Shown here in pieces: positions 12,501 to 25,229 of a stretch of 63,528 nt of DNA. This DNA comes from Psammoneis japonica. Its lineage: Eukaryota. Numbering within the stretch: the first letter of the stretch is position 1; every line of letters starts with the position of its first letter. The stretch lies in contig QPGO01000009.1 of the NCBI GenBank assembly GCA_008632985.1, positions 744,001 to 807,528 of the forward strand, in the 5' to 3' direction. Both the position numbers and the translations under genes were made by a program. The notes under the pieces are model-generated. The model was not told the DNA's origin, did no database searches, and saw only the letters and a list, made by a program, of their open reading frames with translations.

Positions 12501-12790
12501 ATGTCGGTGGACAGAAGCTGAACTTGCAGCCATCCATGACAAATGCCAAGAACACCTGGCAAAGGACAGAGAGGCTTTGTCAGATTTCCTTTTGAAGATG
12601 CCATGTCCAGCTCTGCATCCAGGGCTCAGAATTGGGTCACCATGGTCAAACCACATGATCCAAAGGAAAGCATCAAGAAAGTGAAGAGCTCCACACTTCA
12701 CAGCACTCCCACAGTCACCAGCTGCGGATTCGCTCGCAAGAAGGTTCAAGCTACCCGCATCACCTAAACAGTTTGTCCACAACATTCACG
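6550..12790. other. Heavily decayed repeat DNA, depleted of both TpA and CpG; original identity not recognisable
   Basis: Only about 26 TpA in about 6.2 kb by eye, few CpG, strong TG/CA excess; sharp return to normal composition near 12.8 kb. Confidence 0.8.
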
Positions 12791-13429
12791 TGTGTTTTGA
12801 AATGAAAAAGAGATAGCCAGAATACTACAACATGTCCGTCTTGCTGACTGACAACCGCCTCTTACGGTAGAAGTGCGCATGTGTGAGCTGGTAGTAGTAC
12901 TAAGGTGTTGTAAAGAATTGCAAGCGGACGTTTTAGGAACTCTGTTTTCTATTCCTTTTATGTGAGACGTGTTTTTATTGTCTCTCTAGAGAGGTATGAT
13001 TTGTATTTTTTCATGGGAGCCTTGTAAAATTATTGCTCCCACCGAATGCTCTATTCTCTTCCGTCAATGTTTCAACAACAAGCTTGACTTCCGAAGCGAC
13101 ACGACTTACATGATAGCAATGCGAGCCTGAATTAGAGTGTGGTCAATGAATTCTCTTTCGTCAATGTTGCCTCTCTGTTTCAACGTGACGTCCGAAACGG
13201 CCTCGGCTTACAGTACTGCGAGCCTGAATTCTTGAGCAGTAAAAGCGAACCGACATGGTGCAAACGTCAGAGAAAGCGCGTTCTCTATTAGATTGCAATG
13301 TTCTTGGACCGACTGTGTCATCAATATTCCGAGTACTAGCCTTCATATGGTCTGACATGGTCACCGGATGTCATAACAAACACCTCTTCGGAAGGACTTG
13401 TTGGTGGAACAGGTGGGGGCATCTGGTGA

Positions 13430-14050
13430 GTTTTAGCTACTGCTTCGAGACTACCACACAGGTAGCCCTACTAGGCATCCCCACGACTGACGTAATGCCC
13501 CCCTTGGTGAAGACGTTGGCGAGTGTTGCGCTACTGCTTCGTGACTATCGGTAAAGGCTAAATGCCCGGTCCGCCGATGCCCTATTAGGTAGCCTCGTCT
13601 AACGTCCACCTTGCCTTTGCGGCAAAATTCGTTCTTCTCCCAACCAATGGATATGCGTGCGAGTTGTTGTGCCACTGCTTCGTGACTATGAATAATTGAC
13701 GAGAGGCTGAAGCCTTCACATCTACTCATGCCCTAATAGGTGGCCCCGCAATCTAACATTCCGGACTGTGAATTCGTGTGCGAGTTCGCGTTACTGCTTC
13801 GAGTCAGGATAATTGACAAGAGGCCGTCTCGGGTTGCGAGACTGAGTGCCACGTCTATCCAAGTCCTAATGAGTAACCCCGCTTCCACGTTCACGCCGCC
13901 CCATGGCAGCAAAAGCCACAACAAGTCAAGTACGAGATTTTGCTACTGCTTCGGGTAGAGCAATTGACAAGAGGCCGTCTCTTATTCCAACGTTGTTGGG
14001 AGACTGAGTGCCACGTCTGCTCAATCCTAATGGGTAGCCTCGCATTGCTG
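13430..14050 (-). pseudogene. Degenerate tandem repeats, possibly an ankyrin-repeat gene relic
   Basis: Five recurrences of actgcttcg at about 90-150 bp spacing, with shared aattgac(a/g)agaggc and ctgagtgccacgtct blocks. Minus-strand fragments read HEAVAQ and LLLPWGGVNVEA. Confidence 0.4.
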
Positions 14051-16126
14051 CTGTACTTTTCAAAACGTCCTTCTTGGTGAATCCAATCCCAAACCACAAT
14101 CAGTACATCGCCTCGTCTTGAAGATCCGATCCCAGACCGCCGTGCCGCAACCTAGACACGAGCACCTCAACGTATCCGCTTCTTGCCCACAACCACGGTG
14201 AATGATAATTCTGTCTCTGTGTACGTACAAGAAGGCAAGAGCGAGTTGAGTGGATGAAATACAAAAGAAAAAGGAACAACACGATACACGATCACGACAA
14301 GAACACACGTACCTTACTCTGCAACGACAAGGCCGGCAGCAAGCAGAACGCCCATGGCCACTGCAACGAGCGCCATGGTCAAAAGAGAAACACAATCAAC
14401 TCCTCCATTTTACTGCCGTGTTGTTTGAGTTGATTGTCAGAATTATGAGCGAATCGAGAGCGAGCGGAAATTCAGCATCGGATTGTTCGTGTACCAGAAG
14501 CACGTAAAATCCACGGAGCCTCAGTCCTCGGTCTTCCACGACTCGTGTGCTTTCGGTGCCTGGCAGGTTTCGACAACTTATCCTCTAGTGGGATCAGATA
14601 TTTTCAAAAATGTCGGAACCGGTACTGGCATGCCGAATCTTCCAAAAACGAGCGGCAAATCGATCGCGAGCGTCATGGTGAAGTTTCTCGCTTCGTTATT
14701 CTTTGATTTGATTGTGTACGTGTTGTTGTGTGGTCGCGCGTTGGTTAGTCCTCAGATCTTTGCGGACGCACATCAGACGTAGAATTTCGAACATTTCAAC
14801 ATTTATGAGCATGAATGTTATTTTGTCTTGATATCTTCCGGATGTTCCATTTCGCGGATGACAAAAATAGACGTTGCTGCATCGATCTTTTTTACCGAGC
14901 TGTACCATTGGGAAAGAGACCAGTGGTCCCGTGCAAGCAGATTTCCATCTGGAAGGAGGTCCGCGGCGCTGTGTGTTCGGGGATGGAGCCTACGACACGA
15001 TTTGTCTTTGTTTCTAGTTCCTTCTACTTCAAGATCGTACTTGGCCTAAAACAGCTCTTGTCTATCTTTTGTGTTGTAAAAGATCTTTTTTCAACGGGAT
15101 CTCTAGTGATAAGAAAAACTAACAAAGATTACAGTAGACAAGTAGTGTTAGCAGCTGCTATGGCATCGGATGCTTTTAGGCAATGTTCTTGAATCATTTT
15201 GTAGTTGCAATCGCCTGCCTGGTATGGAATGCTAGATACGCTCGCAGTTGTTTTCTGCTGGTAATGTCTTATCAGAGAGTATGCACATAGTCTATCTAGA
15301 GATGTCTCAGGACAACCTCATGCGCCAACCTCGCAAGTTGAGTGACTTCCTTATCAAAATTCGTCTTGACTCGAAGAAAACCGTTTGGTACTATACTGCA
15401 AAGGCGATTGCATCAACATCCAACCAAAAAAACATACTGCAACAGTCTCATCCCATCAAAGTAATAGGCAAACGATGCGACCACATTTGTCATAAAAACG
15501 ATATCCACTGATTCTTCCTTGTCCAAGGCCGAGAGAACCATTCCCACAATACAACAAACTTGCCACAGGGCTCCTCCACCCGTGCCATTTAGACTATAAT
15601 ATCAATGCTCATATTTTCAAAAAGTGCACGATAAAAGCCACATAGTGCACTTTGAATACCGTGGATAGAGAGGTAGGTCCGCTCGACGATGTCGGATCCT
15701 CCGTGATCTTACGAAGATCGGCATCATTGATGGCTCGAACGGTATTCTTCTACCCCGAATCTTGCCTCTTGAAAGAAGGATGTCAGCAAATCGTAAAATT
15801 ACCGGGCTAATCACGCAGAGACAGAGACCATCAAAAGTCAACGCAGAAGTTTGAGATTGTCGTACGCATTCGAAACCTCGCCCATAAGTGTGTTCATCGT
15901 ATCCAGAAATATGCAAACAAGGAAGCTATGCGACTCGTCAATAAGGTCCTCTTCGAACAAAGTATTCGTGACCTTTGTCACTCTTCCCGCTGACTGGTAT
16001 GTTTTGGAGACACTCTGTCGGGTACGAATGGCTGAGCCGAGGGTACTGAGAAGGGTAAGAGGGATCTGCGTTCTGTGGCCCATGGAATCAACTGCTCTCA
16101 CCAGACCATAACGTTCGCTCGCAACT

Positions 16127-17024
16127 TGACTGGCGCAATCACCGCTGCAAGTCCCAGGCGAAACTGCTCTGTCGGAATAGAGCGAACTGCTGCGAGTGCT
16201 TGGTATGGTTGTTGCGCTGCAGGTGGTCGGTCGTCGACTTCGCCGTCCCGACGGTTATTACACCTCGGCACACTGCGGCGGCATTTTTGAATGCCGTTGT
16301 TGGGACAAGAGATTCTAGGAATGCCTTGCATAATTCCTTGGATGTAGTACTCCACCTCGTAACTCTTGACAAATTTCGTCGCCCTTTTCAAATCATGCAT
16401 GTGTTAGGCGGGAATACCCCCGGTCGTGACGAACATTTACAGAGAGAGCCTACGTTTCTTCGCCATTTTCTGCTTTCTTAACGGTCCGCCTCAGCGCCTC
16501 GACATAGTAATAGCCTATTTCTTCTTCAACGTGAGAAATCAAGGCGGCCTCGAACGATGAACGACAACAACATGAAATCACTTTAGAGGACACGTCTGAT
16601 GGCAGAAACACAATGGTCCAACCAATTTTACACGAAGATCTTTTGCTGTCACCAGATTTCTCAACAGGCTGAATTGTGAATGTGAATGTTTGGCTCCACA
16701 ACGGCGTCCACTTGCTGGATTCCATCATTTCTACGCCAGCATTCACCGAGTAGTGCGGCTCCTCATCGATTTGTGTGATTGTTTTGCGCTCCACTACCTC
16801 CCCGCCACGAAAGATGCGTCTTTCATCCCAGCACGCTCCAACTGCGGATGGCTCGCCCCTCACAAATTCAACCGAGACAAGGTGTGGAACAAACTCTGGT
16901 GCGGATGTAATGTCTCGGAACGTGGCTCTTGCCATCTCTGGAGAAACATCTGGGAATTCAAAAGATCCGCTAACGATGATTTCGCGGCATTTTGAAGCAA
17001 GAGGTCCCATTGTAGTTTCGAGTA
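16127..17024. repeat. Segmental duplication copy 2 (matches 1-898)
   Basis: Direct alignment to the window start. Confidence 0.95.
16450..17010 (-). CDS. SRPBCC/polyketide cyclase-dehydrase (START-like) family protein, 186 aa
   Basis: Intact ORF; pattern FRDITSAPEFVPHLVSVEFV...GACWDERRIF resembles the SRPBCC fold; many differences from copy 1 are synonymous. Confidence 0.7.
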   Translation of the reverse strand: MGPLASKCREIIVSGSFEFPDVSPEMARATFRDITSAPEFVPHLVSVEFVRGEPSAVGACWDERRIFRGGEVVERKTITQIDEEPHYSVNAGVEMMESSKWTPLWSQTFTFTIQPVEKSGDSKRSSCKIGWTIVFLPSDVSSKVISCCCRSSFEAALISHVEEEIGYYYVEALRRTVKKAENGEET

Positions 17025-17295
17025 GAGTTGCTTGAGCTGCAATTGGTGGTTTGGCGAAAGATAAGGCTTGCTGTGGTGACTGGTGACGCTGCTGTGGTCT
17101 GCATCACCATCGCAACAAACAATAACTTTCCCTGCCTCCGCCGCCGCGATCGCCGCGACCGACCGCCACCCATAACCACCCAACCGTCGTGCGTCCCCGT
17201 GGAATTGAATTGATCGATTCGAACGAGTGGGCAGATTTTCAGAGTGACATTCACATGGGGACAAAACATCTCTTCACCCGACCAGGATTTGTGGG

Positions 17296-17298
<3 letters not shown>

Positions 17299-17354
<56 letters not shown>
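17299..17354. repeat. (AG)28 microsatellite
   Basis: Perfect dinucleotide run. Confidence 0.98.
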
Positions 17355-17357
<3 letters not shown>

Positions 17358-17399
17358 TGAGTGGGAGAAAGGCAAAAGAGCAAGCAGGGTGGACGTGAA

Positions 17400-20260
17400 A
17401 AGTGAAAAGAGCCGGGGGCTCTCCACACTTTTCACGACCTGGCACACTTGGCCACAATGCAAACTCATCTGGCAGCAACAAAAACAAACCAGATGGTGTT
17501 GGAAATGAAAATCACACCTCCTGGAAACTGGCTCTGTGTGGCTCTGACTCCTCTGCTGGCATCCTTGCACTCCACTGGTGACACAGAGCATCAAGCTTCA
17601 TGATGCATGCACGCCCAAGAGAGCTGCAAGGAGACAAAAGAAGATGCAGCAGAAGACTTCAAAAATTTGGGAGCGTTGGGCAAGAGAAATTCCAACACCA
17701 CCCACTGAGGCTTTTTCAATGGATTGTGCACCAGGCAAGAACTGGCAGGGGTTTTGAAGTGCGGGGGCAGTGAGCTGGGGCTGAAGGTTGGATGAACAGC
17801 GGGATGAATGTCCAGCAAGGGATTCAGAGACCAAGAAACTGAGGCTTTGCAGGCCCCATTGGGAGGGTGTGGCAGCTGGGTCAATGGACAAGCCCATCAA
17901 AACACCAAAAGAGAATTCCACATGGGAAAAGCCATGCACAGTTGTGGGCAGCATGAGAGGATGGGTGCCAGAAAGAAGATTCCGCTGCCCAAGGAGGGGG
18001 AAGTGGTGTGGAGAAAGAATCATGGGCTTGTGTTGGTCTGGTCCAGAGCAATGATGTGCAAAGGAGCCAGGTTGGCAGAGAATGAGAATGAACTGGGCAC
18101 TTGCCTGAGGGTGACTTGGAGTGATCAAGTCCATGCACAAACAGGAGAGAGCAAGCGCCAAAGCCAGCAATGCCTTGCGCCAAAGTGTGCTCAAGACATT
18201 GTGAGAGATTCTGAGCCAGTCTCAGAATTGAAGCTGTGGTGGAAGTCAGAGGATTTTGAGAGGTCAACTAAACTCTGTGGAGCTGCCAATGATTTCCATC
18301 ACAAACAGACTGGAAGACATGATGTCTTCAGTCATGAGGTTCAGCAGTTTGAAGGGAGAATGAGGGGCGCTCCAGCTTCATTGAGAGAGGAGGTCTCTGC
18401 AGTCAAGCTGCACTTGGTTTTGTGGTTTCTGCATGACTTCCATGCAGTGCTTGCATGGGGTGCTTGGGCAAAAGAGTCAAGGGCAGTGGTTTGGGAATGG
18501 TGGTGTTGATCACAAAAGGCAGGCATGGGTGTTGTGGGAGACGTGGTTGTTCAAACAGGCATGAGGTGTGCGCCAATGTCTGCAGGTTGTTTCAAAGGTG
18601 AGTGAGGAAGGGGCAAGAAATGGCAGCACTGGATTTGTCAAAAGATGCTGGCAGGTGAAGCTTCCTCTGCAACAACAGGCAAAAGAGGTCAGTGGGAGAC
18701 ATTGACTTGCAGAGAGTTTGCGAGGAAAAAATGAAGTGGGGGGCTTGTTGCATGTGGAGATGGAAGGGGCAGGAGAGCCACAAATTGTTGGAATTGAGCA
18801 CAGTGGAGAGCACAGGAGAGTTTGTGCAATGGCACACTCTTGATGAAGGGGTGACAGAAGTGGAGACAGGGTGTCAAAAAGTGGAAGCAGTGTGTGGTGT
18901 TGACACAAGAATTTTTGAACACCCAACAGAGGTAAAAAGACACGCTTGTGGAGAGCACATGCACAGAAGGGTGGGAGGGCAAAAGGCTCACATGCACTGG
19001 CGGAAAAGCCATGGGTTGCAAATCTGAGTGAGCAAACAAGCTCTGAGTGATCAGGAGTGTGACAGTGCTGACACCAGAGACAGAGCAGCAGCTGATGCCA
19101 ACAGCTGGTGCTGGGGTGTGTGAGGTAGAACCAGAAGTGTGCAGGGTGAAAGGGGGCAGGGCCAGGCAGCAAGCTGTTGAAGAAAAGTGTTGCAGTGTCA
19201 TTGGATGGGGCATGGTCATCCTGAAGTGGGAAGGCTGTGCTGTGCTGGGACAGGGCAACAGCCAGAAGGGTTTTCTGGGTCAAAGTTGCAGCAAACATTG
19301 GGTGTTGTTAAGAGCCAGTGTGTGTCAAGCATGGCATGTTCTTGGTCTGGGTGTCTTGGAGGTGGGATGAAAGCTGATCCAAGCCAGTTCAAAAGGAACA
19401 GGCTTTTTGAAAAAGAAAGTGCCAGCAAAGTCAGCATTGCAGTGGTCTGACCCAGAAATCAAAGGCCAATTCTGTGGTCCGTGGCCTCCACACTGCAGTG
19501 TGAGCAGTCGGAGAAATTCACTTGTGTTTTTTCACCTTCTTCCAGCCAGCCATGCTCAGCTAGAGAGTGGAGTTGCCAGAGCCTCTCCTGCTGGAAGCAC
19601 CTCAAAGAATTGCATGTTGTGCCATTCACAGCACAGACCCTGTCCATCTGGCCAAAAACAGGGGGAGCCTTTCTTTCATGTGAGCTGCAGCAAAAGCTTG
19701 GGTCTTCTTTTTGTGGACAGTCTGCTCCTGACTTCTTTGGTGGAGACTGTGTGTTTGGCAAAAATCTGAGACCATCATCCAGCAGTGGCATGTGAGCACA
19801 TCTTGAGCAACAAGAAACAACAGCTGCAGGAACAGGCAAATCTAACACATGAGGAGAGTGCGGCACATGCAATGCATTTCTGCCTTTGCTGGTTCTGCTT
19901 TGTGTTTCCCCACAATGATGTGGACAAAACACATTGTGGCTCTTGTTGTTGCAGCGGCATCATGACCACCTTTGATCTGTGTTGCACAGAGCAAGTTGGG
20001 GAAAAGCCACATGGCCACAATTCAAACTGCCAGCCAGACCCACTGTGCTGAAGTGTCACCAGCCATCTTTCAAAAACAGAGGACTGCAGTCTTGAGCAAG
20101 TGCCATGTTGGGAGTGGAAATCTGGTCAGGAGTGCCACACCCAAAATGCCTTTTGTTGAATGTGCCCAATGCTGTGACTGATGCAAGGCAGGTCTCAGTT
20201 TCCTCTCCCAGACAACCACCTGGAACAATGAAGCTGCAATTGCTCTCATTGCAGTGGCTG
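17400..20260 (-). mobile_element. Decayed repeat domain depleted of TpA and CpG (probable retroelement relic)
   Basis: Same composition and strand asymmetry (purine-rich plus strand) as the CRE-like relic at 34.8-37.6 kb; no intact domain. Confidence 0.45.
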
Positions 20261-20909
20261 TTTCTAGGCCGACATAAGCTTGGAATGCGACAAGCAGAGA
20301 TCGGTGTACATGTGATTAGCTAGAGCAACCTGATTGCCAATCAAGTTCCTCCTGCCTCTCGTACATTCAACATCTATTTGATTGATCGCCCTCTTGTCGC
20401 ATGGTGAAAAGGCTAGTCTACTGTTTAGAAAATGTCGGGCAGTGTCTGCATCGACGGTCGTTTTTCGTCCCATGCTACAGTGCCCTAGGCCCCTACCCAT
20501 CTCCTTGCTCCACTCGTTCGATGGCTGTGCCACGGCGAGAGCAAAAAACGAAAATCATAGTAGCTCGTCGTTCAAGCATTGTAAGTTTTCCTTGTTTGCA
20601 TTCTAGGCCCTTGTCTGCCAGTCCCATTAGCTAGAGAAGGGATTTGATGCTATGCTTAAGAGAAGAATATGCGAATTCGAAAGCTATTGTAGGGCTACGA
20701 CATCTCTCTAATTATCATTATTTCTCGTTGAGACTTCTTTGATTTTCTTCAAGTACAATCATTCAGTCATGCGTTTCCTCCCCATTCATCCCAAATCATT
20801 GATTTCAAGTCTTAGACTTCATACGCAACCACATCTTGAGGAATAAACTGTGGAGTTGGTGGCTGCATCGGAAGTAGAGCCGATTCTTCTTCTTCTTCGT
20901 GTTGCTGTT

Positions 20910-21543
20910 TTACGGGTTCTGGAGTGGACGGTTCGACCGACTTGCGCCTTGGCCTCGTTGATTCCACGAATCTCTCAAGGTTTCACCGGCTTTGTATTTT
21001 TTAAAGAGTCGCAGCATGTTTTGACTCTTGCAGGGAATGTACCGCTTGGTTTCCCATACCGCAATCCACTGCTTCCGTACACGAGTCGACGGTGCCTTGT
21101 CGAGCGCCGTGACAGCCTCCATAACGGCAAAGAGCTTACCGTCGCTCGGTAAGGGAGTGGGCTTATTGAATTACTAGGAGGAGAGTTGGTATGTTCCACA
21201 ATCGGAGTGCTGTTGTTTGGTTGGAGTGGCAGTGACATGGGTGGTATGGGCCGGAAGGAGGGAATATCATTGGTAGCGGTGGCATAGCAAAGGGAGCAGG
21301 CCCCATCACCGAAGACGACGACTCCATCTTTACCAAGGTGGAGTGTAAATTCTCAAGAGTCTCGGCGACCGACGTAAGACCCTTTAGCACGTCCTCCTCA
21401 TCTTGTCGCTGTCCTTCAGGTCCGCAATGCACTGTCGAATTTGCTTGGCAGAACTGTTTGTGCCTGCCTTGATGTGAGCGTGCCAAAACGGAGAATACAC
21501 TGGAGGAGGCGTTTGTTGTCCTTGGAGAATACGATTATTCATG
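20910..21543 (-). pseudogene. Short frameshifted coding-like segment of unknown function
   Basis: Consecutive protein-like ORF pieces (WHAHIKAG..., VLKGLTSVAETLENL..., RKQWIAVWETKRYIPC...) in different frames. Confidence 0.3.
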
Positions 21544-21949
21544 CCGGGGTGTTGGAACGATGGATTCATAGTGACAAGAACGGTGGCTGATACCGGGTAA
21601 GCTTTTGCTGTTGTGATTGTTAGGTTTGACTCGCAGCGGTTCGGTCGGTGTTTGATGAGTTTTTTGAACGCGCCCGCGCCGCGGCGTGTGAGATGATTCG
21701 GCGATCGATCGATTTGAATGCGGCTGACGTCACGCGACAGATTTGAATTTTTGGAATTTTTCTCGCCTGTCCTTCCGTCCCTCCCTGCGACGAGATCTTT
21801 CTCATCACACCCAACACGAGACACGAGCAAGAAGCACGAAGCTGACGATAAATGATAACCTTACTGTAACAGGCGACAAGCGAAAACACCGCAAACAGCA
21901 ACATACCGCTTGAGATTGGCTGTTGACAAGTATTTCTTGCTCCAATCAT

Positions 21950-23351
21950 ATGTCAAAGGAGGATATGACTGGAGAAACAGAAACTAGTAATAGTATCGTC
22001 GAGAACAAGCTCCCTCGCTCGTCCTCAGACCATCATCGCCGCAAATCAGCTCGAGGAGGAGATCCACCAGGAGGTTATGCACCGCTCTCGATTGACGATG
22101 GAACTTCGGACGACGGTGACGAGGAAGAATTAATCTCGTCTTTACAAATTGGAGAAGCAAGTCGATTGTCTAGTAAATTTGTTTGCTGTACCCGAAGAAG
22201 AAGATTCTGCTGTTTTGCAATTCTGATTGCAATATCCATATTCTTGTTGGTGACTTGGATTTATCATCCATCCCTCCTCGTGGTATCAACAAGTTGGTTC
22301 CGAAACAAAAAGCACAGGAATTTCGTATGTCTTCCCATGAACAAAACCACGACCAGTTCGTTCAAGCCTGTACATCCTACGCAACTCGATTTGAATCGAG
22401 AAACCAAGAAACTAAAACATTTGCCCCGGTACGCACACGACGGTTTCCTATGGAACGACGAGGATGCCAGTACGCAAAAGTGGAGACCCCAAGGCGTTAC
22501 TGTGGCAACCTTGAATCACACAGCGTTTGCGTTAATTAGTTGGTATGGTCGTGCCGATCAAGGTTATGAAAATCGTGGAGCACGGATATCGTTGTCGACT
22601 TGGAGTCGCGATCATACCGACACGTCTTGTTGGTGGATCCCAACTATTGCACCATGCCAAGCTTGCATGCCGGTGGGTTGGTCTATCGACAAGGAAAGCT
22701 TCATGTTCCCGATTCACGTGACAAGAGCCAAATTGTACGATTTTTTGACGTCGAGACGGGTATCTATCAAGTCAATCAAGACGATGAGAATCGCTTTTTT
22801 GGGTATCGGTATATTGTCGTGCAAGAATCCCAGTACGAGGTTCCAACCGTGCCGTCCTTCTTGTCATACAATGCCAATTTAGACATGATGGTTGTGGGAA
22901 CCTATGCACATTGTTCCGACAACGTCTTGGCGAGTCACGACGATTCCTTGGAGTGTCGGTCACGACTAGAGAATCGATTGGCGTGGAAACGGAATGCTGA
23001 TGCTAGTGATTCGCCATGGACCTTGTGTACCCCATACTTTTCCGAAATGCAAGGTGTTGCCGTGGCACAGTCGAATGAAAACAACAGTGAATTGGTACTG
23101 TGGGTCGTAAGCAGCTACGGTCCCGTCAATGACAGCCACTTGCACATTGTCGCCCATTTCGATGAAGCGTGCCAAAACAACGAATCAACTTGGGCGAAAA
23201 TCAAAGCAATGGCTATAAGGTTGTCTCGTATCCACCGGGACTGGAGGATCTGCACATTGAAGAATTTCATGACCTGCGAGAAATGTGGATGCTGACCGAA
23301 TTCAAGACACGAGCCGTCTTTGTCGTGGACCTGGACAAGCTCATGCCGTAA
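21950..23351 (+). CDS. Type II membrane protein with a conserved uncharacterised lumenal domain; two 1-nt frameshifts
   Basis: One TM segment (FAILIAISIFLLVTWIY), then WRPQG, ISWY, YRHVLLV, HAGG and PPGLEDL motifs spread over three overlapping ORFs. Shifts near 22590 and 23190. Confidence 0.7.
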
Positions 23352-23738
23352 AAGGTGAATAGACTTTGCAAGCCACTGCGTTGCTACAAGGAGAGGAAAA
23401 GTTAAAACCTCGACAATGACCGTAGCCATATGGTCTTGCTTCAAATGAAGAAATTCAATAGGATGCTCCAAAAGGGCACACTGGTACCACTGGAATTGAG
23501 AGAATGATACGTCCCTGTAAGAACAGTTACAGGTCGTACCTTAGCAAAGATAATGATGACTCCATCACCTGGCGAGCTTCTTACCGCTATCGAAAGTATT
23601 TTGACAACACTACAACTAGAACACTCTTGTGAATATGATTTATTTCTAATCTGAATTATCTCTAAAGTAGTAAGCAACCCCACGATGCTTATCGGGATGC
23701 AAGAAACGTCTCGGTTTGCATCCTCCCCCGTCCGGTGT

Positions 23739-25229
23739 CTACGGCGCCTCACAATGTTTCGAGATGCGAGCCCGCATTCGTTCCGTTCCCTTCTGCCAAC
23801 GCTGGCACAACTTCGTATTGTAGCTGTCAAATGATCCTGGCTCCATAGACGACTTTGTCTCACACCTTTTCGAGATGCGAGAATTAATTCGTCGGATTTC
23901 CTTCCGCCAACGTTTGCACTTGCCATTCTCAATGCGGGGCTCAATATGCTTAGAGACACGAGCCCGCAATCGTTCAACTTCCTTTTTCCAACGATGGCAC
24001 AACTTTGCACTGTAAATGTCAAACGATCCTGACCCCATAGACGACTTTGTCTCACACCTTTTCGAGATGCGAGTATTCATTCGTCGAATTTTCTTTCGCC
24101 AACGTTTGCACTCAATACTCTGAATGCGTGGCTGCTTAGCCATCAACTTGAGCAAACCACTAGTCTGAATCCATTTAGACACGTCTTGCACTCTCTCTTT
24201 GATACTGTGTCTGTCCGACAACAACAAAAGTGTTTCAAAAGGCGTCGCCATGCCTTTCACGCGCATCGACCAACGCCTCAACAGCTTGAACTGGCAGTCT
24301 TCGACACGATGTTTCAACAAGAGAAGCGGCATAGTCTTGTGTTCTTGGAAAAGGCGAGCCTGAGTCTGTACTCGAGTGAACAAGCGCATCGAGGCGTCTT
24401 CGACTGTCTTCCCCCAATTGTATACGCGCAACTCCAACCCGTGGCTTTCGCCACTGGAGCTGTACAAAGTTGGGATCCAAAGCGGCATAGACTTGCGTTC
24501 AAGCAAAAGACTAGCCTGAGTCTGCACTCGAGCAATCAAGCGCATCGAGATATCTTCAACTCTCTTCCCCCAATTGTATAAGCTCAACTCAAACTGGTGC
24601 CTTTCGATACTGGAGTTGTACAAAGTTTGGATCCTAAGCGGCATAGACTCATATTCTTTCAAAACGCCAGCCTGAATCTGCACTTGAGTGATCAAGCGAC
24701 TCGATGCGTCTTCGACCGTCTTCCACCAGTTGTAAAACCTGTCGTAAAAGGTTGGCTCGGCGTCAGCGTGCAAGTAAAAGTTGTCGATGGAGGACTCGAT
24801 TGGAGCAATATTGCGAAGGATTTGCTCCACGGTCTTGAGGTAGTCTGGATCGTCCTTATCGTGCTCATAATAGAAACAGAAAGTGCTTTTCGAACGGTCC
24901 ATTGGCTTTATAGTATTGGGCCTAGTCTTTTGTAGAACTTGTAGAAGACTGTCGTCATGTTTAAGAGACAAGCAAAAGGGCACCAAGCTCGGGGTGATGA
25001 GAGCTTCTTCCGCGAGAGTCCTGGCACTGATTGGGGCATTGTGGTAACTTTCCAACTTTCCCCTGAGTTTACCCATAGCAATAGCCATTTTCCAAGCATT
25101 GCGTGACAAGTCTTGGTGCATAACGGCGATGCTCTCTGCCGCGGCAATCGAAAGAGCTCGAAGACCGCTCTTCGCCGTGTCGACAAGCGAGGCAGGCGGA
25201 GGGCTGGCGGCGACAGCACCAGTGCTCAT
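23739..25229 (-). CDS. Hypothetical protein with internal repeats
   Basis: About 496-aa ORF of normal composition; three YNW.K.VED.S.RL...VQ.QA repeats and two basic C-terminal repeats. Confidence 0.65.
   Translation of the reverse strand: MSTGAVAASPPPASLVDTAKSGLRALSIAAAESIAVMHQDLSRNAWKMAIAMGKLRGKLESYHNAPISARTLAEEALITPSLVPFCLSLKHDDSLLQVLQKTRPNTIKPMDRSKSTFCFYYEHDKDDPDYLKTVEQILRNIAPIESSIDNFYLHADAEPTFYDRFYNWWKTVEDASSRLITQVQIQAGVLKEYESMPLRIQTLYNSSIERHQFELSLYNWGKRVEDISMRLIARVQTQASLLLERKSMPLWIPTLYSSSGESHGLELRVYNWGKTVEDASMRLFTRVQTQARLFQEHKTMPLLLLKHRVEDCQFKLLRRWSMRVKGMATPFETLLLLSDRHSIKERVQDVSKWIQTSGLLKLMAKQPRIQSIECKRWRKKIRRMNTRISKRCETKSSMGSGSFDIYSAKLCHRWKKEVERLRARVSKHIEPRIENGKCKRWRKEIRRINSRISKRCETKSSMEPGSFDSYNTKLCQRWQKGTERMRARISKHCEAP

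Noticed and set aside
6600..12790. Dozens of overlapping 60-240 aa Cys/His-rich ORFs (also at 17.4-20.3 kb and 33.4-40.5 kb)
   Set aside because: Artefact of TpA loss: TAA/TAG stops and Tyr codons are removed, so all six frames stay open. These are not metal-binding proteins.
13430..14050. Regularly spaced actgcttcg motif as a possible repeat-spacer array
   Set aside because: The intervening sequences are themselves homologous and irregular in length; better explained as decayed coding repeats.
14400..16120. Short ORFs in normal-composition DNA
   Set aside because: No recognisable motifs and no consistent exon chain.
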